A DNA stretch of 30,902 nt from Gemmatimonadota bacterium (GTDB taxonomy: Bacteria; Latescibacterota; UBA2968; UBA8231): the NCBI GenBank assembly GCA_038153405.1, contig JAYOYH010000051.1:1-30902 (forward strand), in the 5' to 3' direction. Shown here piece by piece: positions 8,557-17,958 of this stretch (its first letter is position 1; every line of letters starts with the position of its first letter). The notes under the pieces are model-generated. The model was not told where the DNA came from, did not search any database, and was given only the letters and a program-made list of their open reading frames with translations. Made by a program: the position numbers and the translations under genes.

Positions 8557-9390
8557 CTACTCGCGCCGCGGCGTGACTACCGTCACGCCGTCGTCTTCAA
8601 TGAGCGGGCGGTTGTATATGTAGGGTGGCTCGAGCACGGCCTGCTGTGCCTCCGTCAGCTCGGATACCCATTCTGGCTGGCTCGTTTGGTAGGTGCCGCC
8701 GGCAAAGTGCAGGTATTTGGGACTGTAGCGGTAGAGCAACGAACGGCGCTCGTGTTCGGCCGTCCACGGCAGCGTGCCGTGCAGCGTGGCCTCGTTGAAG
8801 ATGACCATATCGCCTGCTTTACAGGGCACGTTGTAGACCACTTCGCGGTGTTCGTCCCAAGTTCGTATGGCCTCTGGACAGGAAAAGTTGGCCTTATGGC
8901 TACCGGGTATGCAGGCAAAACCGCCGTCTCCCTCGTTGACATCGGTAAGCTGAAACTGGCAAACGATCATCCCGCAGCGCATGACGCCGTTGGCGTATTG
9001 GTAGTACTGCGAGCCGTCAAAGACGCGACTCGTCGAACCGTGCAAGATAAGCCCTTCGGTACCCTTGCCACCGGTCAGCATAAAGGGCGCGTGGTCCATT
9101 TTCCAGCCGCGCCCAAAAAAAGTATTCAAATAGGGTATCAGCTTTCTGTGCGCTAGCAGATTGCGGAAGGGCTGGCAGTGCGGCTTGTCCCATTGTAGCA
9201 TGCCAGTGAACATGCCGCGGCGTAGGGGGCCGTGGGTGCTGCCGTGCGGTGCGTGGTTGGGGTCGTCGCGGCGCTGGTCCCAGTTGGCGTCAAACGCATT
9301 GTTGAGCGCGCCGATCTCTTCGGCGCTGAGAAAGTTGGGAATCTTGAGAAAGCCCTGTAAATCAAAGAGAAATTTTTCCGTATCGTTCAT
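8557..9390 (-). CDS. Phytanoyl-CoA dioxygenase (PhyH) family Fe(II)/2-oxoglutarate enzyme
   Basis: Start MNDTEKFLFDLQGF; GGFACIPGSHK, AGDMVIFNEATLHGT, RRSLLYRY. Confidence 0.88.
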   Translation of the reverse strand: MNDTEKFLFDLQGFLKIPNFLSAEEIGALNNAFDANWDQRRDDPNHAPHGSTHGPLRRGMFTGMLQWDKPHCQPFRNLLAHRKLIPYLNTFFGRGWKMDHAPFMLTGGKGTEGLILHGSTSRVFDGSQYYQYANGVMRCGMIVCQFQLTDVNEGDGGFACIPGSHKANFSCPEAIRTWDEHREVVYNVPCKAGDMVIFNEATLHGTLPWTAEHERRSLLYRYSPKYLHFAGGTYQTSQPEWVSELTEAQQAVLEPPYIYNRPLIEDDGVTVVTPRRE

Positions 9391-9538
9391 GCCTATGGCC
9401 TCGCGTTTTGGATGCACAATGGGTGAGTGAGCGGCTAAAGTAGGCCGCCCGATGAACGCGCGCAACGGTCGGGATAGAAGAGAGCCGTTGGCTTGTTGAA
9501 CGTGCGGTCAACTGCAGGCCCGACGCCTTATAGTCTGC

Positions 9539-10522
9539 CTAGTCCCACTCCAAAAACCAGCGCAGTTCCTCTATAGTTGTCGCATGTTGATAGGTGGGAT
9601 CGCTCAGTTCGAGCTTAAAGCGCTCTGCTGCAACGGCATCTCCAGCGCGGCGAAACTCGGCCCAGTCGCGGTAGCTCAGCGCTTTGATATTGCGTGTTTG
9701 TCGCAGGAATTCAAAGAGAGGATCAAACCACTGGCGCCATAGCTCGTCGCCGCTTTTGGGCGTTTTGCTCAGGGGAGTCGCCGCCTCCAAGAGGACGGGA
9801 TAACTGCGTGCGGCCGCTGCGGCGACAAAGGCGTGCGTCGTGCGCCGTTTAAATTCGGCTGGCGTGTAAACGTCAATCGACCACCAGTCGACGTATTCGT
9901 CACCTGGGTAGAGCGCCATGTACTCATCGTGCCCATCCGCGGCTATCGACCAGACTAAGGCGATATGCTGGAGGTCCCAGCGGTTGCGCAGCGTCTGCGC
10001 CAGGCGCTGCCAGGCGCGTCGATAGGTTTCGGGATCGTAGTCGTTCCACGGGTTGTTGCACTCCGGTCCAATGCGCAAAAAAACGGGCCGGCCAAGCTGA
10101 GTTAGGCCGAAGCACAGCGCGTCAATGGCCTCGTCGAGCCGTCCATCGGCCACGGCCTGCGCATAGGACTGACCAGCGCCGGCCATGCCCAGGTCGATCT
10201 GCAGTAACAGGTAGTGTTCATGGCGGAAGAGCAGGTCGCGCAGGGGCATGTGCCAGTCGTAGGGTAGTGTCGCCAGGTCGTAGGCCACCTCATAGTAGGC
10301 CGGCCGGGTTCGTTCCAAGCTGCTGCGGTCGGCAAATGGATCAAAGTCTATGCCCGTTCCGAACAGAATGCGTTCGCCGCGCGGTTCTAGCCGCTGTAAA
10401 AAATCGCTGCGCGAAGCAAAAGAAGAAAACCCATCAGTCGAAGAGGAACCGTCCGTTGGGAGATAGGCGGGTGTACAGCCCCAATAGGGCAGCAGCAGAA
10501 GGAATATGTATACGGACCTCAT
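9539..10522 (-). CDS. Glycoside hydrolase family 26-like lipoprotein
   Basis: Lipobox-like LLPYWGC; PVFLRIGPECN and YPGDEYVDW GH26 signatures. Confidence 0.75.
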   Translation of the reverse strand: MRSVYIFLLLLPYWGCTPAYLPTDGSSSTDGFSSFASRSDFLQRLEPRGERILFGTGIDFDPFADRSSLERTRPAYYEVAYDLATLPYDWHMPLRDLLFRHEHYLLLQIDLGMAGAGQSYAQAVADGRLDEAIDALCFGLTQLGRPVFLRIGPECNNPWNDYDPETYRRAWQRLAQTLRNRWDLQHIALVWSIAADGHDEYMALYPGDEYVDWWSIDVYTPAEFKRRTTHAFVAAAAARSYPVLLEAATPLSKTPKSGDELWRQWFDPLFEFLRQTRNIKALSYRDWAEFRRAGDAVAAERFKLELSDPTYQHATTIEELRWFLEWD

Positions 10523-10562
10523 GCACTAAAGTTACGCTATCGGCTCCACTCGATCCAGCGGC

Positions 10563-11486
10563 TCAGAAGCGCTCGCCGGCCGCGCGTAGAGCACCGAGCG
10601 CATCAAGGGTGACGAAGATATTGCCGCGTGCCCGATGCGTGCCGCCCCAGTTGACCAGCGAATCGCCTTCTTTCTGCGAGCGACCGGTTCGGTAGTACTT
10701 GCGTTCGGCGGGAAAAGTGCCATCGGCGAGCTGCTTGCTCTTTAGCAACTGGACAGCCGGTATACAACGCGGGTCGGTGGCGCAATCTATTTCGCCCAAG
10801 ACCTTGATCGCGAAGAGCACGTCGGCGTGTTCGTAGCACGGGTAGTGCAGCGAGACGAAATCCGCGCTGAGTGGAGTTGATAGATCGGATTTACAGTATG
10901 CATTGCGCGCTAGTACACTGTCGACTAGGCGCTCGGCTGCCGCGCTGGCTGTCGAGCAATCGCGCTGCTGGCCGTGCAGGTAGAGACCGCGCACGGCGCT
11001 TAGTGCCTGGGCGAAAGAAGCGGGCGTCTCGAGGGGACGCCACTGTTCGGCCCAGGAAATTAAGCGCGCTGCCAGCGCATCGGCGCGCTCATCGGCCAAC
11101 TGCAAAAAGTGCAGATAGTGTAGCGCATGACCTTCTATGCTGCCGCTCGTAGGCTGTTCGCGCTGCGGGCTGAGTAGCCACGAGCAGACCTGTTCGCGCA
11201 GGGATGGCAGGCGTTGATCGCTAACGGCGCAGCCCAGATCGGCCAGCAGGTGCAGCACCCAATGCGCACCGCGCCAGCGCGCATGGGCAGGTCCGGCGAT
11301 GCAGCCATCGCGCCACTCGGCCAATAGCGTCGAGACCAGAGGCGACGCCGCCACATCGTCGCGGACGATGCGCATTTCGCGCGATTCGAGAGGGCGCTGG
11401 TAGACGTTGCGCAAGATTTTGTAGCGCACGTGCGGTTCTTCCAACTCGGCCAACTGTCGCGCGATGTGTTTGATCGAATCGAGCAT
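10563..11486 (-). CDS. Hypothetical alpha/alpha-toroid protein (prenyltransferase/squalene-oxidase repeat-like)
   Basis: WRGAHWVL..LADLG, LHYPCY, LKSKQLADGTF QW-like repeat, FVTLDALGAL. Confidence 0.55.
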   Translation of the reverse strand: MLDSIKHIARQLAELEEPHVRYKILRNVYQRPLESREMRIVRDDVAASPLVSTLLAEWRDGCIAGPAHARWRGAHWVLHLLADLGCAVSDQRLPSLREQVCSWLLSPQREQPTSGSIEGHALHYLHFLQLADERADALAARLISWAEQWRPLETPASFAQALSAVRGLYLHGQQRDCSTASAAAERLVDSVLARNAYCKSDLSTPLSADFVSLHYPCYEHADVLFAIKVLGEIDCATDPRCIPAVQLLKSKQLADGTFPAERKYYRTGRSQKEGDSLVNWGGTHRARGNIFVTLDALGALRAAGERF

Positions 11487-11601
11487 GGTCTATATTGAGC
11501 AAAAGTGCAGGTAATACGCCTGTCGAATGATGGCACATCTGGGGTCGGAGAGGCTGGTGCTTCAGGGCGTGGGCGAACGGACAATGGCGGCAGGAAAATT
11601 T

Positions 11602-13947
11602 CTAACTATCTGTATTTGGATGAAGCGCCGTGTAAACCGCCCCCTGAATATCTTCTACCGTGTAGGGCTTATCTAAGAAAACGTCTATTTTCCCCTCATC
11701 CATATACTGCTCAACGCGCTCGACGCGATAGCCCGTGCAGAGAACGACAGCCAGGTCGGGACGCAGTGCTCGCATGCTGTCAATGAGTTGGATGCCGGTT
11801 AGTTGGGGCATTGTGTAGTCGGTTACGAGCACGTCAACGCCTGCGGGGTCCTTGGTAAATTCTTCCAGCGCTATCTGCGGGTCGTTAAAGGTGATAACCG
11901 TGTAACCCGCATGCTCTAACATATGACGGCCGAGCATAGTCAAGTTGGTTTCGTCATCGACGACCATCACGGTGCCCTTATCTTGATAAGATATCTTGGT
12001 TCTCTCCGCGTCCTCTGTGCTCTCCGTCAGAATAGCTGGTATGTAGATCTGGAACTCCGTGCCCTTGCCCAATTCGCTATCGAGCTCAATGACGGCGTCC
12101 CACTGATTAATAATGCCGTGCACTACTGCTAAGCCTAAGCCGGTGCCTTTGTCGGATTCTTTGGTGGTAAAATAGGGTTCGAAAAGGCGCTCTCTCGTCT
12201 CTTCGTCCATCCCAGTACCGGTATCGCTAACGGTCAGCCCGATGCCACTGGGCCCGTTGAGCTTTTGTTGGGATACTTCCTCAGAAAGCTGTTTCACTTT
12301 GATAGTGAGCACGCCACCGTTTTCCTCCATGGCATGCGAGGCATTAGTGCACAGGTTCATAATGAGCTGGTGGATGTGCGAGGCGTTGGCGACAATGCTG
12401 CCTGCGTGGTCGTCAATTTCTTGGCGTATCTCTATCGTGCTGGGCAGCGACGCGCGCACGAGTTTGAGCGCTTCTTTGATGATGGGAACGACGTTTATCG
12501 GCGCCGACTCTTGCGACTGCTTGCGACTAAACGTGAGAATCTGCTGCACAAGCTGTCGCGCCTGATCTCCGGCTTTGAGCGAGGTCTGCAGCGCCTCTTT
12601 GGTTTTTTCGGGGTTGTCGACAAAGAGCGTGGCTAGTTCCGCATAGCCGAGGATGACGGTCAGCAGATTGTTAAAGTCGTGGGCGATGCCGCCGGCCAGC
12701 GTCCCCATCGCCTCCATTTTCTGCGCCTGTATAAACATTTTCTGGAGCTCGGCATTTTCCGCTTTGGAGCGCTCTGTCTCCTCGATCTGTAGCTGCAGGT
12801 CGATGTTGCTCTGTTCCAATTCGGCTGTGCGCTGCGCAACGCGCGATTCGAGATCTTGGTTTACCCTGTGCAGCTCTGCCTCTTTGTGCACCGTTGACGA
12901 TTTATAAGCCAATAGTTTCCACAGGCCATATCCAATGAGCAATAAGAAAAAGAGCGCCCCTGTTAAAAGGCTCATTTCAACAGGAGCGCTATTTAGGAAG
13001 CGTTTTGATGCCAGGTAGTAATATTCGCCTGAAGCAGGTTGCCTATTTTCATTTGCGGGAAAAATAGCCGAAGCACCTTTAGTCGCTTGGAATGTCCATG
13101 GCGTTACGCGTTTAAAGGACCAGGCGACGTTGTCTTGGATCAGCTGGCCCTTGTCGGACTGCTGCATTTCGTTCCAAACGTCGGTATATTTTGTGCGGAA
13201 ACTTAGGTCTGTTGCTGCTGTGGATGAAGTTGACCCAAACAGAGTGTGCGTGTTGATGCCGTTGGCATCGATAAGCAGATAGAACCCTGGGTCTAAGCTC
13301 TTTTCGTATTTATCTGTTAATAAATCACTTAGCGCATAATCTAGGACTAACAGGCCCTGTAGTGACGAAGCGTCGTAACCATGTAGCGGTGAAGTGGCAC
13401 TCAATACGGGTTCGTTTGAGCGATTGGTTGGAGAAAACGGCACGCCAGTGATGATGGGCGAAATATGCACAGAATTTTTGGGCAGAGTTATGCCCTTTTT
13501 GAAGAGATCGCTTTGCGATAGATCTTCCAGTTGATCTTTGGCAGAAATGACGATGTCGCCGTCTATGAGCTGCACGCGCAGTCGCTCCAGACCATCGGTG
13601 TCAATAAGGCGAATCTGGTAAGCCTGAAGAGCCTTCAAAGCAGCAGCAATCTCTTTAAATGCCGCCGATTCGGATAGCCGTTGGTCATCTACAAAGCTGA
13701 TATCTTTAAATTCGTGGTCTTTCGCAAGAAGAGCCATTTCCCTGGGTAAGGATTTGAATAAATAATCGAGGGATATAGACCGCTCATCGAGCTGCCTGGC
13801 GTAGGCGAGCAGCTGTTTAGCTTGGAGTTCGGCCGATCGAAGATGCGATATATACCAAACTGCACCATAAAATGCCAAGCAAAAAAGGGCAAAAAAAGCT
13901 ATGAAACGCCCCATGAAACTATGCACAGTGTATATCTTGTCAGCCAT
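11602..13947 (-). CDS. Hybrid sensor histidine kinase (TM, Cache-like periplasmic domain, TM, HisKA, HATPase, REC); start uncertain
   Basis: [13 protein letters not shown]-box, NLCTNA, DTGTGM, FTTK, GTGLGL, receiver VVDDE/TDYTMP/KP. Confidence 0.92.
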   Translation of the reverse strand: MADKIYTVHSFMGRFIAFFALFCLAFYGAVWYISHLRSAELQAKQLLAYARQLDERSISLDYLFKSLPREMALLAKDHEFKDISFVDDQRLSESAAFKEIAAALKALQAYQIRLIDTDGLERLRVQLIDGDIVISAKDQLEDLSQSDLFKKGITLPKNSVHISPIITGVPFSPTNRSNEPVLSATSPLHGYDASSLQGLLVLDYALSDLLTDKYEKSLDPGFYLLIDANGINTHTLFGSTSSTAATDLSFRTKYTDVWNEMQQSDKGQLIQDNVAWSFKRVTPWTFQATKGASAIFPANENRQPASGEYYYLASKRFLNSAPVEMSLLTGALFFLLLIGYGLWKLLAYKSSTVHKEAELHRVNQDLESRVAQRTAELEQSNIDLQLQIEETERSKAENAELQKMFIQAQKMEAMGTLAGGIAHDFNNLLTVILGYAELATLFVDNPEKTKEALQTSLKAGDQARQLVQQILTFSRKQSQESAPINVVPIIKEALKLVRASLPSTIEIRQEIDDHAGSIVANASHIHQLIMNLCTNASHAMEENGGVLTIKVKQLSEEVSQQKLNGPSGIGLTVSDTGTGMDEETRERLFEPYFTTKESDKGTGLGLAVVHGIINQWDAVIELDSELGKGTEFQIYIPAILTESTEDAERTKISYQDKGTVMVVDDETNLTMLGRHMLEHAGYTVITFNDPQIALEEFTKDPAGVDVLVTDYTMPQLTGIQLIDSMRALRPDLAVVLCTGYRVERVEQYMDEGKIDVFLDKPYTVEDIQGAVYTALHPNTDS

Positions 13948-14107
13948 TAAGTTCCGAATTGTTAAATCTGAAACGGCCACATTCTGAATTTGTAAAGCTT
14001 CGTGTCTTGCCAAGTATAATGATTTAAGTGCCTCAAATAGTCAAGTCTTGATTGGTTGGTGTAGGGAACCGGACCGGCTATATTGGAAGCTAGGAGAGTA
14101 TGCTGCC

Positions 14108-15397
14108 ATGGAATACGATATTCTGGTTGAGGTCGAAGAGGCGATTTATTCGTTTGAACCGGCCGACAACGGCGCCGGCCCACTGTGGTGCCATGGATCA
14201 ACTATTGTTGCGCGCTGGCGCGACCGAGTGTATGTAGTCGCGTTGGAAACGCTGGAAGGTCAGGTGCCGCTCAACAACTGTCGCTGGGTGCTCTACTGCC
14301 GCGATGAAGGTGGCTGGCAGCGCGTCTATACGGACGACAGCGGTCGCACCCGCGAGCCATCGCCGCTCGCATTATTGGGCGATGGTCAACTCGTCGTATC
14401 GGCCAATCCGACGCTAACCCAAGGAGATGCCTACAGCGGGCCAGCCCGGCCGACGGCCTTTGTTTTTGATGCCGACAATCCGCTATCGGGTCAGCGCGTT
14501 GAGCAACCTATTTGGCTGGGCGAGCCGGCCTTTAGCGAGCACTCCTACCGCACGGTCGTGTCCGATGCCGGTGCGGGTCAAGTGCTCTACATGCAGAATG
14601 TGGGTTATGAATCGGCGCATATGTCGCTGCGCGATAGGGGGGGCAGTTGGCGTGGTATCGGACAAATCTTTTGGCCGGGCGGCGACGAATACGAAGACCC
14701 CCAGCCGCTGCGCCTGTGCTATCCCAACGTCGCCTTGCGCGAGGGCAGCGCGCATTTTCTGGGCGTGGGCGATATCGTCGAGCCGGTGGCGGTCTGGCGC
14801 GAGGAAAAGCTTCGCCAGAGCGGCCGCCAGTGGGACTACGTGTTTCGCCGCCTGTTTTATGCGACGACGCCGGACATTGCCAATGCGTCCTTTGGTCAGT
14901 GGGTTGAATTGGTCAACTTAGATGCAACGGCTGGAGCTGTTCGCAGCGGTGACATCTACGTCGACGATTCCGGGCTGGTGCACGTGTTGTGGAGCCAGAC
15001 CAATACCGATGTGCGCCTGCGCGCGGCGTTTTTTCCCGACGTCGAAATCGAACATGTGCTCTACTACGCGACGCTGCGCGATGGGCACGTTGTCGATAAG
15101 ATCGCGCTGTGCCGTGCCCGAGAGGGCGAGGATGCCGTGCCTCAGATGGCGCGTTTTCATCAGACTCCGCAGGGTCGCCTGCTGGTACTGGCCCCATTGG
15201 GCCAGCAGATGTGCTTAGCCGAGTTGAGTGGGCAGGAGCCGGTCTGGCATGCGGTCTCCCTCAGTGCGCCCTTTGTCGGCACGTTCCTAACGGCAACCGG
15301 ACGCGCTGGCAGTGCGCCGTCCGAATACATAGATATTGTCGGCACTCTATCCGGGCAGGGACAGACGCTGAACTACGCCCGAGTACGGGTAGAGTAA
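14108..15397 (+). CDS. Conserved-looking hypothetical protein, probably beta-propeller
   Basis: 429-aa ORF with AGGAG RBS; DNGAGPLWCHGST, TREPSPL, LCYPNVAL, WDYVFRRLFY; beta-rich. Confidence 0.75.
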   Translation: MEYDILVEVEEAIYSFEPADNGAGPLWCHGSTIVARWRDRVYVVALETLEGQVPLNNCRWVLYCRDEGGWQRVYTDDSGRTREPSPLALLGDGQLVVSANPTLTQGDAYSGPARPTAFVFDADNPLSGQRVEQPIWLGEPAFSEHSYRTVVSDAGAGQVLYMQNVGYESAHMSLRDRGGSWRGIGQIFWPGGDEYEDPQPLRLCYPNVALREGSAHFLGVGDIVEPVAVWREEKLRQSGRQWDYVFRRLFYATTPDIANASFGQWVELVNLDATAGAVRSGDIYVDDSGLVHVLWSQTNTDVRLRAAFFPDVEIEHVLYYATLRDGHVVDKIALCRAREGEDAVPQMARFHQTPQGRLLVLAPLGQQMCLAELSGQEPVWHAVSLSAPFVGTFLTATGRAGSAPSEYIDIVGTLSGQGQTLNYARVRVE

Positions 15398-15419
15398 ATC
15401 CACTAGATCGCTAACGAGT

Positions 15420-16484
15420 TTAGGTCCAGCGGGCTGCTTTGTAGACGGCGTGCAGGATATCGAGATTTTTTACTTCTAATTCCAGCGGCATCGGTACCGG
15501 TCCTTTGCCCAGCAATGCCTTTATAATGGCCTGACCTACCGGGTGCATATCGCCCCTGTCGTGGCGCGACATATTGACGGTATAGACGCGCTTTTTGGGA
15601 GCGCCCCTGCCGCTGTTGCCCGTATAGAAGTGCTCAATTTCATGCACGTCGCCAAAGGACGTGTACGTAAAGCGCAGGCCGCCTTTGGTGCCGTAGATAC
15701 TAGTCTGGTGCGGCACCTCGTGGTGGGCATTGCTGGCGCGTTCCCAGAAGTACTTCAGCCCGTTTTCAAAGGAGAGCAGCGCGCCGCCGTGCTCTTCGAC
15801 GGTAAAGGTCTTGGTGCCGGACGGCACCCGGTCTAGTCCATTGACGCAAAATGCTTCGCAGCGCTTGAATGCGGGCTCGCCGAGCACGCCTAAATGAAAC
15901 GATAGGTCGTAGACGCCCCAGTCGTAGAGCGGGCCGCCGCCGGCCATATCGCGGTCCAAAAACCACTTGGCTGTTGGGTGGTATTCGATGCCTGGGCGTC
16001 CCTGGCGCGATATGGCGCGGTGGTGCACGAAGTATACCTGCCCGATTTTGTCCGCGTCGATCAGCTTTTTCACATAGGGGAACTTGGGCTGCAGGCGCGC
16101 GTGGCGGCAGGAACAGCCGGTGACCATTAGTTCGGGGTGCTTTTGGGCCTCTTTGAGCAGGCGGCGCGCTTCGGCCGGCGTGCGGGTCAGCGGCTTTTCC
16201 ATTATCAGGTGTTTTTTTGCGCGGAGCACGTCGATGCCGATCTGACAGTGCAGGCCGGGTGGGGTGCATACGACCACGGCGTCGACGTGGGGGTCGCGGA
16301 GCAGTTCCCTGTAATCGGTCGTCCGGTGTGCGATGTTATATTCGGTGCCCAGCGCCTGCAGTGCCTTCTCGCTTACGTCGGCTAATGCGCGTATTTCAGT
16401 GCGTCGGTCGGCGTCGAAGTTGCGCATATGGGCGTTGGCAATCATGCCGCCACCGATAAAGCCAAGCTGAATTTTCTTTGCCAT
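15420..16484 (-). CDS. Gfo/Idh/MocA family oxidoreductase
   Basis: GFIGGGMIA, VVCTPPGLH, MEKP, GGGPLYDWGVY. Confidence 0.92.
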   Translation of the reverse strand: MAKKIQLGFIGGGMIANAHMRNFDADRRTEIRALADVSEKALQALGTEYNIAHRTTDYRELLRDPHVDAVVVCTPPGLHCQIGIDVLRAKKHLIMEKPLTRTPAEARRLLKEAQKHPELMVTGCSCRHARLQPKFPYVKKLIDADKIGQVYFVHHRAISRQGRPGIEYHPTAKWFLDRDMAGGGPLYDWGVYDLSFHLGVLGEPAFKRCEAFCVNGLDRVPSGTKTFTVEEHGGALLSFENGLKYFWERASNAHHEVPHQTSIYGTKGGLRFTYTSFGDVHEIEHFYTGNSGRGAPKKRVYTVNMSRHDRGDMHPVGQAIIKALLGKGPVPMPLELEVKNLDILHAVYKAARWT

Positions 16485-16498
16485 ATCACTGGCTCCCC

Positions 16499-17485
16499 TT
16501 AGCTGAGACTGAGCTCGCTCAAATAAATGGTGGAAGGCGGTAGACCCGAACCGCTGCCTTCGTGACTCGAATAATACGAGAGTAGGGCGCGCCTATCGTC
16601 GAGGGCGACAAAGCCGGGGTAGGAGGTGTCGCCGCCGCTGGGCAAGGTGCCAACTTCGCGCAGCTGCCCGTCGACTAGCCAGTAGAGCGCGGTGTGCGGT
16701 CGCTGTGGGTCGACGCTATTGCGACCGCCGACTAGGTAGTACGCGCCCCATTTGACCAGCAGCGGACCGCCGACGTTGCGGTCGAGGTCACTGCGCGTCC
16801 ATTCGGCATAGGGCGGACGCGATCGGCAAAGGCGCGCCGGCCGTGCGTCGGCTCCGCGCGCCAGCGCTACGCACTGTCCATCTTCTTCGAAGAGGAAGGC
16901 GGTCTCGTCACCGTACTCTTCCGTGAATAGGGTGCAGTAGCTCCACACCAGGCCATTGACACTCTCCAACATGGCGCCTTCGATTTGGGTCCGGTCCGTG
17001 CGCTCTTCCTCGCCGTCGGTATAGCCTTTGCGCCGCCGGCCGCACAGATAGGCTCGGTCGCCGTGCGCGGCTGCACGCCAAATATAGTGGCCGTAGGTTC
17101 CCTCCAATTGCACCGGGCCGTGCCAGTGGGCGCCGTCGTCGCTGTAGGCGGCAAAGCCGAGGTGGTCGTTGAGCGTGCGCGCTCGCCCCTCGGGTGGAAT
17201 GGCCCACGTGCCGCTGTAGACGAAGAGGCGGTTTTTAAAAACGAGCAGATGCGGGTCGCGCACGTCGCGCGGTGCCGCGTCAAAGACCAAGGATTCGGTC
17301 CATGTTGCGCCGTGGTCGTTGCTGCGCAGGACGACGATCTGCGAACTGGAGAAGAGCATGTGGCCGTCGGGACAGCGGCGATAGGTCAGGTAGAGCGCAC
17401 CGTTAAAGGCGCACAGATCGGTAAAGGCGTTATGGTTGCCATCGTCGACTAGCGCGCGCGGCGTGCCAATATGTAGCGTGGGCAA
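16499..17485 (-). CDS. BNR/Asp-box (sialidase-like) beta-propeller protein
   Basis: TTG start with AAGGA RBS; HNAFTDL, Asp-boxes SNDHGATW and SDDGAHW, GDTSYPG. Confidence 0.8.
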   Translation of the reverse strand: MPTLHIGTPRALVDDGNHNAFTDLCAFNGALYLTYRRCPDGHMLFSSSQIVVLRSNDHGATWTESLVFDAAPRDVRDPHLLVFKNRLFVYSGTWAIPPEGRARTLNDHLGFAAYSDDGAHWHGPVQLEGTYGHYIWRAAAHGDRAYLCGRRRKGYTDGEEERTDRTQIEGAMLESVNGLVWSYCTLFTEEYGDETAFLFEEDGQCVALARGADARPARLCRSRPPYAEWTRSDLDRNVGGPLLVKWGAYYLVGGRNSVDPQRPHTALYWLVDGQLREVGTLPSGGDTSYPGFVALDDRRALLSYYSSHEGSGSGLPPSTIYLSELSLS

Positions 17486-17521
17486 GGCGAATTCCTTGGC
17501 AAGGGGCTTATATGGAGGGCA

Positions 17522-17863
17522 CTACATGTATTTCTTGCGCTCGGCCAGCACGCCGATAGCCATAAACGAGGCCAATACAACGACGGTTACATACTGGTCG
17601 CCAAAGTAGCGCAGCAATTGGGCGACTGAAGGCGTAATCAGTACGGTGAGCATGCCGTAGCCAAACGAGCACAGCAGCACGAAAATGAGCGTGCGCACGA
17701 TAAAGGGATAAGAGCGAATACGGCGCTTGACGGCGGCGTTGATTTCGTCGCCGTAGATTACCAGCAGGGCCGTGGTAAAGGCGGTGGCAATGGCCAGCAC
17801 GTGCGCGCGCACCCAACCGGCCGGCATGAGGGCGAGTTCTTTGAGAAAGGCGATGGGATCCAT
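17522..17863 (-). CDS. DUF3392 family small membrane protein
   Basis: LLVIYGDEIN, FIVRTLIFVLLCSFGYG, IGVLAERK; three hydrophobic helices. Confidence 0.72.
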   Translation of the reverse strand: MDPIAFLKELALMPAGWVRAHVLAIATAFTTALLVIYGDEINAAVKRRIRSYPFIVRTLIFVLLCSFGYGMLTVLITPSVAQLLRYFGDQYVTVVVLASFMAIGVLAERKKYM

Positions 17864-17958
17864 GCAGTTTCCGCGTAGTCAAACAAGGGGACGGGGTGAA
17901 TCCAAAACTAAGGGGACGGTCGGAGAAATGCCAGCGCGTTGTGGTACTCGAGTATGGG

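Noticed and set aside
8491..9156. 221-aa plus-strand ORF and many similar overlapping ORFs in the track
   Set aside because: Antisense or alternate-frame shadows of well-supported genes, expected at high GC
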